This document shows positions 38,505 to 48,497 of a stretch of 64,000 bases of DNA, piece by piece. The number at the start of each line of letters is the position of its first letter. The first letter of the stretch is position 1. The notes beneath the pieces are model-generated. The model searched no databases, had not been told where the DNA came from, and worked only from the letters and a program-made list of their open reading frames with translations. The stretch lies in assembly GCA_963932515.1 (NCBI GenBank), contig CAWVRT010000001.1, positions 44,214-108,213 of the forward strand, in the 5' to 3' direction. The DNA is from an uncultured Chitinophagales bacterium. Lineage in GTDB: Bacteria; Bacteroidota; Bacteroidia; Chitinophagales; UBA8649. The translations under genes and the position numbers were made by a program.

Positions 38505-41500
38505 ATGATTAAACAAGAATTGCTCACCCGTTACGAGCAAGATGCTCGAACTAAAGAAATCGTTTCTTTGTCTTTAGAGCCGAAAACGAAACTTTTCCTT
38601 TCTGGATTAGTTGCTTCGGCAGTGGCTTTTATTGCCCAAGCTGTAATTAAAAAATCTCGAAATGCTCATCTTTTTATACTCAATGATGCAACTGAGGCAG
38701 CCTATTTTCAAAACGATTTAAGAAGTCTACTTACAGAAAAAGATGATGATAACATCAATAGCGAAGTGCTATTTTTTCCTGATAGTTTCAAGAAGTCTGG
38801 ACACATTCACGAAATAAACAACGCCAATGTTCAGTTGAGAACAGAATGCGTTAATAGAATTACCAACCCTACTTCTAAAGCAGAAATAATAGTTACCTAT
38901 CCAGAAGCTTTGTTTGAAACCGTTGTAAAAAAGACCGTTTTAAAGAAAAACATGCTAAAAATGCAAGTCAACGAAAAGTTGGATGTAGATTTTATGTTAG
39001 AACTTTTTATCGAATACGGTTTTGAAAGAACAGACTTTGTATACGAACCAGGGCAATTTGCTATTAGAGGAGATATTGTAGACATTTTTAGTTTTGCCAA
39101 CGAATTACCATACAGAATAGAGCTTTTTGATGATGAAGTAGAAAGTATTAGAATATTTGATCCAAGTACACAACTTTCTGAAAGAAAAATTGAAAAAATT
39201 ACGATTATCCCTAATGTGCAAACACATTTTTCGGATGAAGAGAAAACGAGCTTTTTTAATATTTTGACGCCAAAAACGGCTGTTTGGGTAAAAAGCATGA
39301 CTTCAATTATTGATGTTTTGGACAACAATATGACCAAGGCGCTTGAAATTCAAGAAGAAATAAAAGCAGATAAAGATGCCGTTATAAGTCATGAAGGCAA
39401 TCCATTTTTAAAGGGTGATCCAAGAAGTATTTTTCAATCGCCAGCGAATGTATTAAATGACGTACAACGATTTACAGTAATTGAGTTTGGCAAGAAAGCT
39501 TATTTCGACCAAGCCGATACAAAAACGATTGAATATAATTTTTCTCACCAAACCCATTTCAACAAAAATTTTGAACTATTAGTTTCAGATTTACAAACAA
39601 ATGAAAGAGCAGAAATAGAAAGCTTTTTGTTTGCAGACAATGAAAAACAAATCAATCGTTTCAAAGCTATTTTTGAAGATATGCTGGCACAACAAAAAAA
39701 GCCAAGCACTCAAAGCAAAAAAGCGACAGATCAAAGTCAAGAATTAGAAGCTAAAGCACTTTGGCGACCAATTAACACGGCTATTCATGAAGGCTTTACA
39801 GACAACGACTTGAAAATGGCGATCTATACAGACCATCAAATTTTTAATCGTTTTCATAAATATAAAATACGTCAAGGTTATTCAAAAGACAAGGCATTAA
39901 TTTTAAAAACACTTAAGGAGTTAAAACCTGGAGATTTTGTAACACACATAGATCATGGAGTAGGTAAATATTCTGGCTTAGAAAAAATTGATGTTGGTGG
40001 TAAATTGCAAGAATGCATGCGAATTGTTTATGCTGGAGAAGATTTATTGTATGTAGGTATTAATTCATTACATAAAGTTTCGAAATTTTCTGGTAAAGAA
40101 GGCCATGTACCTAAAATTCATAAATTAGGTACTGACACTTGGGAGAAAGTAAAAAACAAAACTAAGCGGAAAGTAAAAGATATTGCGGCCGATTTAATAA
40201 AATTATATGCCTTAAGAAAGTCACAAACAGGCTATGCTTTTTCTAAGGATAATTTTATGCAAGATGAATTGGAAGCGTCTTTTATATATGAAGACACGCC
40301 AGATCAAGAAAAATGTACCATTGACGTAAAAGAAGATATGGAAAAACCTGTTCCGATGGACAGATTGATTTGTGGAGATGTAGGATTTGGAAAAACAGAA
40401 ATTGCTATTCGTGCCGCATTTAAAGCCGTATGTGATAGTAAGCAGGTCGCTATTTTAGTTCCAACGACTATTTTAGCTTACCAGCATTTTCAAACATTGA
40501 CTGAAAGGTTAAAAGATTTTCCGGTAACGATAGATTATGTGAATCGATTTAGAACACAGAAACAAAAAACACAGATTTTTAAAGATGTAGAGTCTGGAAA
40601 AATTGATATTCTAATAGGAACACATGGTATTGTAGCCAAAAAAGTAAAATTTAAAGATTTAGGCTTATTAGTTGTAGATGAAGAGCAAAAATTTGGCGTA
40701 AAAGTAAAAGATAGATTAAAAGAAATTAAAGCCAATGTAGATACTTTGACATTGACAGCAACGCCCATTCCAAGAACTTTACAGTTCTCTTTGATGAGTG
40801 CAAGAGATTTATCTATTATGGAAACGGCTCCACCAAACCGTCAACCAGTTACAACAGAAGTACGTGTATTTAATCCAGAAGTAATAAAAGATGCCATTGA
40901 ATTTGAAGTGTACAGAGGCGGTCAAGTATTTTTTGTGCATACACGAATTAAAGATTTAGAAGATTTACGTGCCATGATTCATAGGTATTTGCCCGACATT
41001 GACATTGCGGTAGCACATGGACAAATGGAAGGTGATAAATTGGAGAAAGTAATGAAAGAATTCGTAGAAAGAAAATATGATGTTTTACTTTCTACCAACA
41101 TCATTGAAACTGGTTTAGACATTCCAAATGCCAATACCATTATCATCAATAATTCTCACATGTTTGGTTTGAGCGATTTACATCAATTAAGAGGAAGAGT
41201 TGGTCGTAGTAACAAGAAAGCATTTGCTTATTTGTTTTCACCACCAATGAGCACTTTAACCAAAGATGCTCGCCAAAGATTAAAAACATTGGAAGAGTTT
41301 TCTGAATTAGGTTCAGGTTTTAAAATCGCTATGAGAGATTTAGATATTAGAGGTGCAGGAAATTTATTGGGAGGCGAACAGTCTGGTTTTATTTCGGATA
41401 TTGGTTTTGACACTTACCATAAAATTTTAGATGAAGCCATTCAAGAATTGAAAGAAACGGAATTTAAAGACTTATACAAAGAAGAGCTGACAGAGAAGCG

Positions 41501-41975
41501 AAACTATGCCAGAGATTGCCAAATAGATACCGATTTTGAGATGTTAATACCAAGTAATTACATCAATAAAATTAACGAAAGAATGTCTATCTATACAGAA
41601 TTGGATAATTTAAAAGACGAAAAAGAACTGACAGAATTTGCTATTAGAATAAAAGATCGATTTGGAGAAATTCCTAAGCAAGTCGTTGAATTGTTTAATG
41701 GAATGAAAATAAAATGGTTAGCCACTTCTTTGGGAATTGAAAGAGTTTGGTTGAAACAAGGCAAAATGAATTGCTACTTTTTACAAAACCAACAAGCCGC
41801 TTTTTATGACTCTGCAACTTTTGGAAATATTATTAAATATATTGGTCAAAGACCACAAGGTGTACAAATGAAAGAAAAAGGAAAATACTTAATTCTTACT
41901 TTTGTTGATGTGCAGAACATGAAGCAGGCGCAGGATAAGTTGGATGTACTTTGGAAGTTTGTTTATGGGGAATAA
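38505..41975 (+). CDS. mfd: Transcription-repair coupling factor
   Basis: 1156 aa. UvrB-homology N-terminus, CarD/TRCF RID region, helicase motifs GDVGFGKTE and VVDEEQKFG, and a TRG motif region. Confidence 0.95.
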   Translation: MIKQELLTRYEQDARTKEIVSLSLEPKTKLFLSGLVASAVAFIAQAVIKKSRNAHLFILNDATEAAYFQNDLRSLLTEKDDDNINSEVLFFPDSFKKSGHIHEINNANVQLRTECVNRITNPTSKAEIIVTYPEALFETVVKKTVLKKNMLKMQVNEKLDVDFMLELFIEYGFERTDFVYEPGQFAIRGDIVDIFSFANELPYRIELFDDEVESIRIFDPSTQLSERKIEKITIIPNVQTHFSDEEKTSFFNILTPKTAVWVKSMTSIIDVLDNNMTKALEIQEEIKADKDAVISHEGNPFLKGDPRSIFQSPANVLNDVQRFTVIEFGKKAYFDQADTKTIEYNFSHQTHFNKNFELLVSDLQTNERAEIESFLFADNEKQINRFKAIFEDMLAQQKKPSTQSKKATDQSQELEAKALWRPINTAIHEGFTDNDLKMAIYTDHQIFNRFHKYKIRQGYSKDKALILKTLKELKPGDFVTHIDHGVGKYSGLEKIDVGGKLQECMRIVYAGEDLLYVGINSLHKVSKFSGKEGHVPKIHKLGTDTWEKVKNKTKRKVKDIAADLIKLYALRKSQTGYAFSKDNFMQDELEASFIYEDTPDQEKCTIDVKEDMEKPVPMDRLICGDVGFGKTEIAIRAAFKAVCDSKQVAILVPTTILAYQHFQTLTERLKDFPVTIDYVNRFRTQKQKTQIFKDVESGKIDILIGTHGIVAKKVKFKDLGLLVVDEEQKFGVKVKDRLKEIKANVDTLTLTATPIPRTLQFSLMSARDLSIMETAPPNRQPVTTEVRVFNPEVIKDAIEFEVYRGGQVFFVHTRIKDLEDLRAMIHRYLPDIDIAVAHGQMEGDKLEKVMKEFVERKYDVLLSTNIIETGLDIPNANTIIINNSHMFGLSDLHQLRGRVGRSNKKAFAYLFSPPMSTLTKDARQRLKTLEEFSELGSGFKIAMRDLDIRGAGNLLGGEQSGFISDIGFDTYHKILDEAIQELKETEFKDLYKEELTEKRNYARDCQIDTDFEMLIPSNYINKINERMSIYTELDNLKDEKELTEFAIRIKDRFGEIPKQVVELFNGMKIKWLATSLGIERVWLKQGKMNCYFLQNQQAAFYDSATFGNIIKYIGQRPQGVQMKEKGKYLILTFVDVQNMKQAQDKLDVLWKFVYGE

Positions 41976-42103
41976 TTTATTTTTAAAAAGAAAACTAAAA
42001 AAGTAACTAATTCTTCTTTTTGTAACACTATTATTTAATGTTAAACATCTCACATTCCATTTTTTAAAGGAAAACCTACCTTTACACCCAAATCAAAAAC
42101 ACA

Positions 42104-43555
42104 ATGTCACAAGAAATAAAAGAAATTCAACCACAAGAAATTTGGCGCAATTTTGCCAAGATAAATGCAATTCCTAGAGCCTCTAGAAAAGAAGAAGCAA
42201 TCATTGCATATATGAAAGCTTTTGGTGAAAACTTAGGCTTAGAAGTTGTCATAGATCCAGTACAAAATGTGATTATCACAAAACCAGCTACTGTTGGCAT
42301 GGAAAATAGAAAAACCATTGTTATGCAATCGCATTTAGATATGGTTCATCAAAAAAACAATGATACTATTTTTGATTTCGATACAGAAGGAATTAAAATG
42401 TATGTAGATGGCGATTGGGTAAAAGCAAAAGGAACAACATTGGGAGCAGATAACGGTTTGGGCGTAGCTACAATAATGGCTGTTTTAGAATCTACAGATA
42501 TTCCCCATCCTGCTATTGAAGCATTATTTACAATAGATGAAGAATCAGGAATGACAGGAGCTTTAGGATTGCAAGCAGGTTATTTAACAGGGGAAATTTT
42601 ACTAAACTTAGACACAGAAGATGATGACGAACTGGGTGTAGGTTGTGCTGGTGGAATGGATATTACAGCTACACATACTTATTTGAATCAAGAAACATCA
42701 ACGAAAGCAAAAGCTTATAAAATAACTGTTAAAGGATTGCAAGGGGGACATTCAGGAGTAGATATTCATAAAGAATTTGGAAACGCCAATAAAATAATGA
42801 ATAGAATTTTGATGGCTACTTTCGACCATATCTCTATTGCTGAAATAGATGGTGGAAGTTTAAGAAATGCTATTCCAAGAGAAAGCAATTCAATGGTTGT
42901 TATAAATGATGAGGCCGCTTTTAAAGAAGCTTTCGCTAAAATCACAAACGACATAAAAGAAGAATTCAAAAACAAAGAATCTAATTTAACTTTAACTTTT
43001 AAAGAAACAACAACGCCAGGTTCAGTATTACCAGATGATGATGCTTTGAATTTATTGCAAGTTATTTACGCTTCTTTTAATGGTGTTTTTAGAATGAGTC
43101 CAGACATTGAAGGTTTAGTAGAAACTTCTAATAATGTAGCCAAAGTAAGGGTTGGCAATGGCGAAATTGCCATTAAATGTTTGACGCGTTCTTCTATAGA
43201 ATCTGGAAAATGGGATTTAGTACATATGCTAGAATCTACTTTCGAAATGATCGGTTATGTTGTAACACTTTCTGGTGAATATCCAGGTTGGAAGCCAAAT
43301 ACAGATTCAAACATCTTAAAAGTGGTAAAGAAAAAATATACTGACATATTTAAAGAAGAACCTAAAGTAATTGCTTGTCATGCAGGTTTAGAATGTGGTA
43401 TTTTAGGTGCAAATTACCCTGAAATGGATATGATTTCTTTTGGTCCAACTATAAAAGGTGCTCATTCGCCAGATGAAAGAGCAAGTATTTCTTCTGTTCA
43501 AAAATATTGGAAGTTTTTTTTAGAAATAATAAAAGACATTCCTGAAAGAAATTAA
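42104..43555 (+). CDS. pepD: Aminoacyl-histidine dipeptidase (PepD, M20C)
   Basis: 483 aa. SHLDMVHQK, GADNGLGVA and TIDEESGMTGA metal-ligand motifs. Typical PepD length. Confidence 0.9.
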   Translation: MSQEIKEIQPQEIWRNFAKINAIPRASRKEEAIIAYMKAFGENLGLEVVIDPVQNVIITKPATVGMENRKTIVMQSHLDMVHQKNNDTIFDFDTEGIKMYVDGDWVKAKGTTLGADNGLGVATIMAVLESTDIPHPAIEALFTIDEESGMTGALGLQAGYLTGEILLNLDTEDDDELGVGCAGGMDITATHTYLNQETSTKAKAYKITVKGLQGGHSGVDIHKEFGNANKIMNRILMATFDHISIAEIDGGSLRNAIPRESNSMVVINDEAAFKEAFAKITNDIKEEFKNKESNLTLTFKETTTPGSVLPDDDALNLLQVIYASFNGVFRMSPDIEGLVETSNNVAKVRVGNGEIAIKCLTRSSIESGKWDLVHMLESTFEMIGYVVTLSGEYPGWKPNTDSNILKVVKKKYTDIFKEEPKVIACHAGLECGILGANYPEMDMISFGPTIKGAHSPDERASISSVQKYWKFFLEIIKDIPERN

Positions 43556-43612
43556 CAGCTTTCATTAAATAAAGAAAAATACTAAAAATTGTATAATACT
43601 AAAGAAAAAGCG

Positions 43613-43620
43613 TACATTTG
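43613..43620 (+). promoter_or_regulatory. -7 promoter box TACATTTG for rimP-nusA-infB
   Basis: Exact TAnnTTTG match, 43 nt upstream of the rimP ATG and immediately 5' of the GC-rich hairpin. Confidence 0.45.
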
Positions 43621-43626
43621 CGCTAT

Positions 43627-43653
43627 AAAGAGGGGACGCTGAGTCCCCTCTTT
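43627..43653 (+). promoter_or_regulatory. GC-rich stem-loop at the predicted 5' end of the rimP-nusA-infB transcript (or pepD terminator)
   Basis: AAAGAGGGGAC-GCTGA-GTCCCCTCTTT: an 11-bp perfect stem with a 5-nt loop. It ends 10 nt before the rimP ATG and begins 72 nt after the pepD stop. Confidence 0.5.
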
Positions 43654-43663
43654 ACGTACTACG

Positions 43664-44155
43664 ATGGAAAATTTGCAAGAAAAGATTGAAGAATGGCTGG
43701 GTCCAAAATTGAAAATGGAAGAGCTATTTTTGGTGGAAGTATTGATTGGTGGAGACTACAAAATAAAAGTTTTTGTAGATTCTGACACGAATGAATTAAC
43801 CATCAGAAAATGTGTGAGAGTCAGTAGACACTTAGAAGAATTTTTAGATATAGATGTAGAAGTAGCAGACAAATATACTTTAGATGTTTCTTCTCCAGGT
43901 TTAGAAAATTCTCTAAAAATACCAAGACAGTACAAAAAGCTAATTGGTAAAACTTTAAAGATTCACACTTTTGAAGAAGAGTTCTTTATCGTAGAATTAC
44001 TAGGAGTTGAAAATAATAAAATAAAAGTAAAGAACACAAGTATAAAAGATAAAACATTAAAAGGAAGAAAACCTAAAAAACTAGTTTTAGATGAAACGCC
44101 TTTTAAAATAGCTTTAATAGATATAAAAAGAACAAAATTGCATTTTGAAATATAA
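43664..44155 (+). CDS. rimP: Ribosome maturation factor RimP
   Basis: 163 aa. LDVSSPGLENSLK motif (SPG.dR/L signature) and position directly upstream of nusA. Confidence 0.85.
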   Translation: MENLQEKIEEWLGPKLKMEELFLVEVLIGGDYKIKVFVDSDTNELTIRKCVRVSRHLEEFLDIDVEVADKYTLDVSSPGLENSLKIPRQYKKLIGKTLKIHTFEEEFFIVELLGVENNKIKVKNTSIKDKTLKGRKPKKLVLDETPFKIALIDIKRTKLHFEI

Positions 44156-44227
44156 AGCAATTGCATTTTAATAAAAGATTAAATTATAAAGATTATGAAC
44201 ACGTTAAACACACTAAATTTTTAAGAG

Positions 44228-45478
44228 ATGAATAGTATAGAACTAATAGATTCGTTTGCAGAGTTTAAAGACTTTAAAAATATAGATAAACCAACCATGA
44301 TGAAGGTTTTGGAAGAGGTTTTCAGAACAATCATACGAAAAAAGTTTGGCTCAGATGATAATTTTGATGTAATTATCAATACCGATAAAGGAGATTTAGA
44401 AATCTGGAGAACTAGAGAGATTGTAGATTTTGGTGAGGTGGAAAACACTTTAAATCAAATTACATTGGAAGAAGCTTTAAAAATTGATGAAGACTACGAA
44501 ATAGGTGAAGACTGTTACGATCAAATGTTTATTGATGATTTTGGTAGAAGAGCTGTTTTAGCAGCTAGACAGACTTTAATTTCTAGAATCTTAGATTTAG
44601 AGAAAAACGAAATTTACAATAAATATAAAGATAGAATTGGTGATATTATTTCTGGTGAAGTATATCAAGTATGGAAAAAAGAAATCTTATTATTAGATGA
44701 TGAAGGAAATGAATTATTATTACCTAAATCAGAGCAAATAAAACAAGACTACTTTAAGAAAGGTGAATCAGTAAGAGCTATCATCAAAAAAGTAGAATTT
44801 AAAAATAATAATCCATACATTATTCTTTCTAGAACAGATAATGCATTTTTAGCTAAATTATTAGAAATAGAAGTTCCAGAAATTTTTGATGGTTTAATTA
44901 CTATTAAGAAAATAGTAAGAGAACCAGGAGAAAAAGCAAAAGTAGCTGTAGAATCTTATGATGACAGGATTGATCCTGTAGGAGCTTGTGTTGGAGTAAA
45001 AGGTTCTAGAATACATGGTATTGTCAGAGAGTTGAAAAATGAAAATATTGACATTTTAAACTATACTGATAACCTAAAATTAATGGCGACAAGAGCATTA
45101 TCTCCTGCAAAAGTTGAAAGATTAGCAATTAATGAAGAAACTAAAAAAATAGATGTTTATTTAAATTCTGACCAAGTTTCCTTAGCTATTGGTAAAAGAG
45201 GTATGAATATCAAACTAGCAAGTAGAATGGTAGGTTACGATATTGATGTTTATAGAGACGAAGACACTACAGATTTAGGAGACGATATCGTATTAAGCGA
45301 ATTTTCTGATGAAATAGACCAATGGATGATTGATGAGTTGAACAAAATTGGTTGCGATACTGCCAAAAGTGTGTTAGCTTTAGATCCTGCTGAGTTGTTA
45401 AGAAGAACTGATTTGGAAGAAGAGAACGTAGAAGATATTATTTCTATATTGAAAGCAGAATTTGAAGATGAAGAATAG
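44228..45478 (+). CDS. nusA: Transcription termination/antitermination factor NusA
   Basis: 416 aa. S1 domain, two KH domains (ACVGVKGSRIHGI, LAIGKRGMNIKLA), and an acidic C-terminus. Confidence 0.95.
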   Translation: MNSIELIDSFAEFKDFKNIDKPTMMKVLEEVFRTIIRKKFGSDDNFDVIINTDKGDLEIWRTREIVDFGEVENTLNQITLEEALKIDEDYEIGEDCYDQMFIDDFGRRAVLAARQTLISRILDLEKNEIYNKYKDRIGDIISGEVYQVWKKEILLLDDEGNELLLPKSEQIKQDYFKKGESVRAIIKKVEFKNNNPYIILSRTDNAFLAKLLEIEVPEIFDGLITIKKIVREPGEKAKVAVESYDDRIDPVGACVGVKGSRIHGIVRELKNENIDILNYTDNLKLMATRALSPAKVERLAINEETKKIDVYLNSDQVSLAIGKRGMNIKLASRMVGYDIDVYRDEDTTDLGDDIVLSEFSDEIDQWMIDELNKIGCDTAKSVLALDPAELLRRTDLEEENVEDIISILKAEFEDEE

Positions 45479-45568
45479 TTAAAGGTAAATTAAGTATGTC
45501 ATTAATATTAGTGACAATAATAGAATCAAATACTTTACAAAAAGTGTTTAACAAATAGAACAAATTTT

Positions 45569-48343
45569 ATGTCCGCAATGAAACCAATAAAATTAATAAA
45601 AGCATCTAAAACTTTTAATGTAGGTCTATCTACATTAGCAGAATTTTTATGTACAAAAGGATTTGAAGTAGAAGCAAACCCTATTGCTAAGCTAGATGAG
45701 GAGATGTATAATCTTTTATTGGCGGAATTTGGTGATGATAAAGATAGAAAAGAAAGTGCCAATAAACTTCAGTTAGGAAATAAAGGGAAAAACGTTAGTC
45801 GACAATTAACGAAAGATGGTTCTACTAAAGAAGTAGATCTTGATAAAAAGAAAGAACCTAGCCCAGTTGAAAAAGATGAAGAAATTATAAAAATTGAAAT
45901 TGAACAACCTAAAGTTATTGGAAATATTGACTTAGACAAGAAAGAAGCAGTTATTGCTGAGCCTCTTGTAGAGAAAGTAACTCCTGAACCGATTATTGAG
46001 GACGTAAAACCCTTAAAAAATAAAAACACTGAAGCAGTTATAGAAAAAGGGATAGAAGATTCAATTACAGAACCTAAAGTAATCGGTAGAATAGAATTAC
46101 CTTCTATTAAAAAGCCTACTACTAAAAAAGAAGGAGTTGAAAAAGTAGAGTCCCCTAAAGTTGAAGGAGTTGAAAAAAGACCAGTTATAGCAAAACCTAC
46201 GATTAATCCTGGGAACGAAGAAAATTTCATAGCAACTAAAAGAGTAACTCTTGCAGGAGCAAAAGTTTTAGGTAAAATTGAAATTAAAGAAGAACCTAAG
46301 AAAAAAGATAAAGCTAAACCAGTAAAAAGAGTTCGTCAAAGAATTAGAAAACCGGCTAAGATTGATCCTAAAAAAGAATTTAAAAAAAGAGTAACCCCTG
46401 GTGCTAAAAAACCTAAAAAAGCAGAACCCACTATTGTTACTCAAAAAGAGATTGAAGCTAAATTAAAAGCAACAATGGCTAAACTTTCAGGGGGTTCTGG
46501 TGGTAAAACTAGACAAAAACTTAGAAAAGCTAAACGTCAAGAACATGCTGAAGCTGAAGATATAAAACAAGCGCAAGAAGGAGAAGCAGCAGCAATCTTA
46601 AAAGTAACAGAGTTTATTACAGTTAGTGATTTAGCTGTAATGCTTGAAGTAAGCGCAACTGAAATCATTACTAAATGTTTTATGTTAGGTGTTATGGTTT
46701 CTATAAACCAAAGACTTGAAGCAGATGTTATAGAATTAATTGCAACCGAATATGATAGAGATATAGAATTTATTTCTGTTGAAGATCAAGAAGCATTTGA
46801 AGACACTGAAGATACAGAAGAAGAATTAGTTTCTAGAGCTCCTGTTGTAACTATTATGGGTCATGTTGATCATGGTAAAACATCTTTACTGGATTACATT
46901 AGAAAAGCAAAAGTTGCAGACAAAGAAGCTGGTGGTATTACACAGCATATTGGAGCTTATGAAGTAGAAGTAGAAAAAGGAAAAATAACATTCTTAGATA
47001 CACCAGGTCATGAGGCCTTTACTGCCATGAGAGCCAGAGGTACTAAGTTAACAGATATTGCAGTAATTGTTATTGCAGCAGATGATGATATTCAACCACA
47101 AACTAAGGAATCTATTAGCCATGCACAGTCTGCTGGTGTCCCAATGATTTTTGCAATAAATAAAATTGATAAAGCAGGTGCAAATCCTGATAAAATTAAA
47201 GCTAGTTTATCTGAAATGAACTTAGTAGTTGAAGAATGGGGCGGTAAATTCCAATCTCAAGAAATTTCAGCTAAGATGGGTACTAATATTGATGAACTAT
47301 TAGAAAAAATTCTTTTAGAAGCAGAGTTATTAGACCTTAAGGCAAATCCTGATAAAGCAGGATTTGGTTCTATTGTAGAATCTTCTTTAGATAAAGGTAG
47401 AGGATATGTAGCAACGTTATTAAACCAAGCAGGTACTTTAAAAGTGGGAGATTTTGTTGTCTCTGGATCTAATTCTGGAAAAGTAAAAGCTCTTTATGAC
47501 CATACGGGCTCCAAGGTTAAAGAAGCTTTACCAGCACAACCTGTTCAAATGTTAGGTTTAAATGGTGCCCCTTTAGCAGGTGAACGTTTTAAAGTATTTC
47601 AATCTGAACAAGAAGGTAAATCTTATGCAAATAGTAGAGATATATTAGAAAGAGAACATGGCATGCGTACGCAAAGACATATGACGCTTGATGAAATTGG
47701 AAGACGTTTAGCTTTAGGAACATTTAAAGAGCTTAACTTAATTGTCAAAGGTGATGTTGGCGGTTCTATTGAAGCCCTTTCAGATTCTCTACAAAAATTA
47801 TCTACTGAAGAAATTCAAGTTAATATTTTGCATAAAGCAGTTGGTGCTATTACAGAATCTGACGTTATGTTAGCATCTGCTTCTAATGCAGTAATTATAG
47901 GTTTCCAAGTAAGACCTACTACTAAATCTAGATTATTAGCAGAAAATGAAGGTGTAGAAATTAGAATGTATTCTGTAATCTATAAAGCAATTGAAGAATT
48001 ACAGGATGCAATGGAAGGAATGTTAGAACCAACTACCAAAGAAGTCATTACAGGTAATTTAGAAGTTCAAGAAACATTTAAAATCACTAAAATTGGAACA
48101 ATTGCAGGTTGTATGGTTATTGACGGTAAAGTGAAAGCTTCAAACAGAATTAGATTAATAAGAGACGGAATAGTTAAATATTCTGGAGAGTTAAAATCTT
48201 TGAAACGTTATAAAGATAATGTAAAAGAAGTTGTTACTGGTCAAGATTGTGGTATCCAGATGAAAGAATATAATGACATTCATGTTGGAGATGTTATAGA
48301 ATCTTATGAAGAAATAGAAATAAAACGTACTTTGAAAAAATAA
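45569..48343 (+). CDS. infB: Translation initiation factor IF-2
   Basis: 924 aa. K/E/P-rich N-terminal linker and a GTPase core: VVTIMGHVDHGKTSLLD, DTPGHEAF, NKIDK. Confidence 0.95.
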   Translation: MSAMKPIKLIKASKTFNVGLSTLAEFLCTKGFEVEANPIAKLDEEMYNLLLAEFGDDKDRKESANKLQLGNKGKNVSRQLTKDGSTKEVDLDKKKEPSPVEKDEEIIKIEIEQPKVIGNIDLDKKEAVIAEPLVEKVTPEPIIEDVKPLKNKNTEAVIEKGIEDSITEPKVIGRIELPSIKKPTTKKEGVEKVESPKVEGVEKRPVIAKPTINPGNEENFIATKRVTLAGAKVLGKIEIKEEPKKKDKAKPVKRVRQRIRKPAKIDPKKEFKKRVTPGAKKPKKAEPTIVTQKEIEAKLKATMAKLSGGSGGKTRQKLRKAKRQEHAEAEDIKQAQEGEAAAILKVTEFITVSDLAVMLEVSATEIITKCFMLGVMVSINQRLEADVIELIATEYDRDIEFISVEDQEAFEDTEDTEEELVSRAPVVTIMGHVDHGKTSLLDYIRKAKVADKEAGGITQHIGAYEVEVEKGKITFLDTPGHEAFTAMRARGTKLTDIAVIVIAADDDIQPQTKESISHAQSAGVPMIFAINKIDKAGANPDKIKASLSEMNLVVEEWGGKFQSQEISAKMGTNIDELLEKILLEAELLDLKANPDKAGFGSIVESSLDKGRGYVATLLNQAGTLKVGDFVVSGSNSGKVKALYDHTGSKVKEALPAQPVQMLGLNGAPLAGERFKVFQSEQEGKSYANSRDILEREHGMRTQRHMTLDEIGRRLALGTFKELNLIVKGDVGGSIEALSDSLQKLSTEEIQVNILHKAVGAITESDVMLASASNAVIIGFQVRPTTKSRLLAENEGVEIRMYSVIYKAIEELQDAMEGMLEPTTKEVITGNLEVQETFKITKIGTIAGCMVIDGKVKASNRIRLIRDGIVKYSGELKSLKRYKDNVKEVVTGQDCGIQMKEYNDIHVGDVIESYEEIEIKRTLKK

Positions 48344-48483
48344 TTTTTCAAAAAAAAGGACCACTATCTAGTGCTTTTTTTTGTTTTAGAGTTAATCCTT
48401 CTGTTTTTAATAACACAACACTTAGCAGATCAGCAATTACTTATATTGAACAATTATAAATTGTTTATTGTATTATTATTCTG

Positions 48484-48491
48484 TACTTTTG
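48484..48491 (+). promoter_or_regulatory. -7 promoter box TACTTTTG
   Basis: Exact TAnnTTTG match, 6 nt upstream of the ATG at 48498. Confidence 0.45.
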
Positions 48492-48497
48492 GAATAT

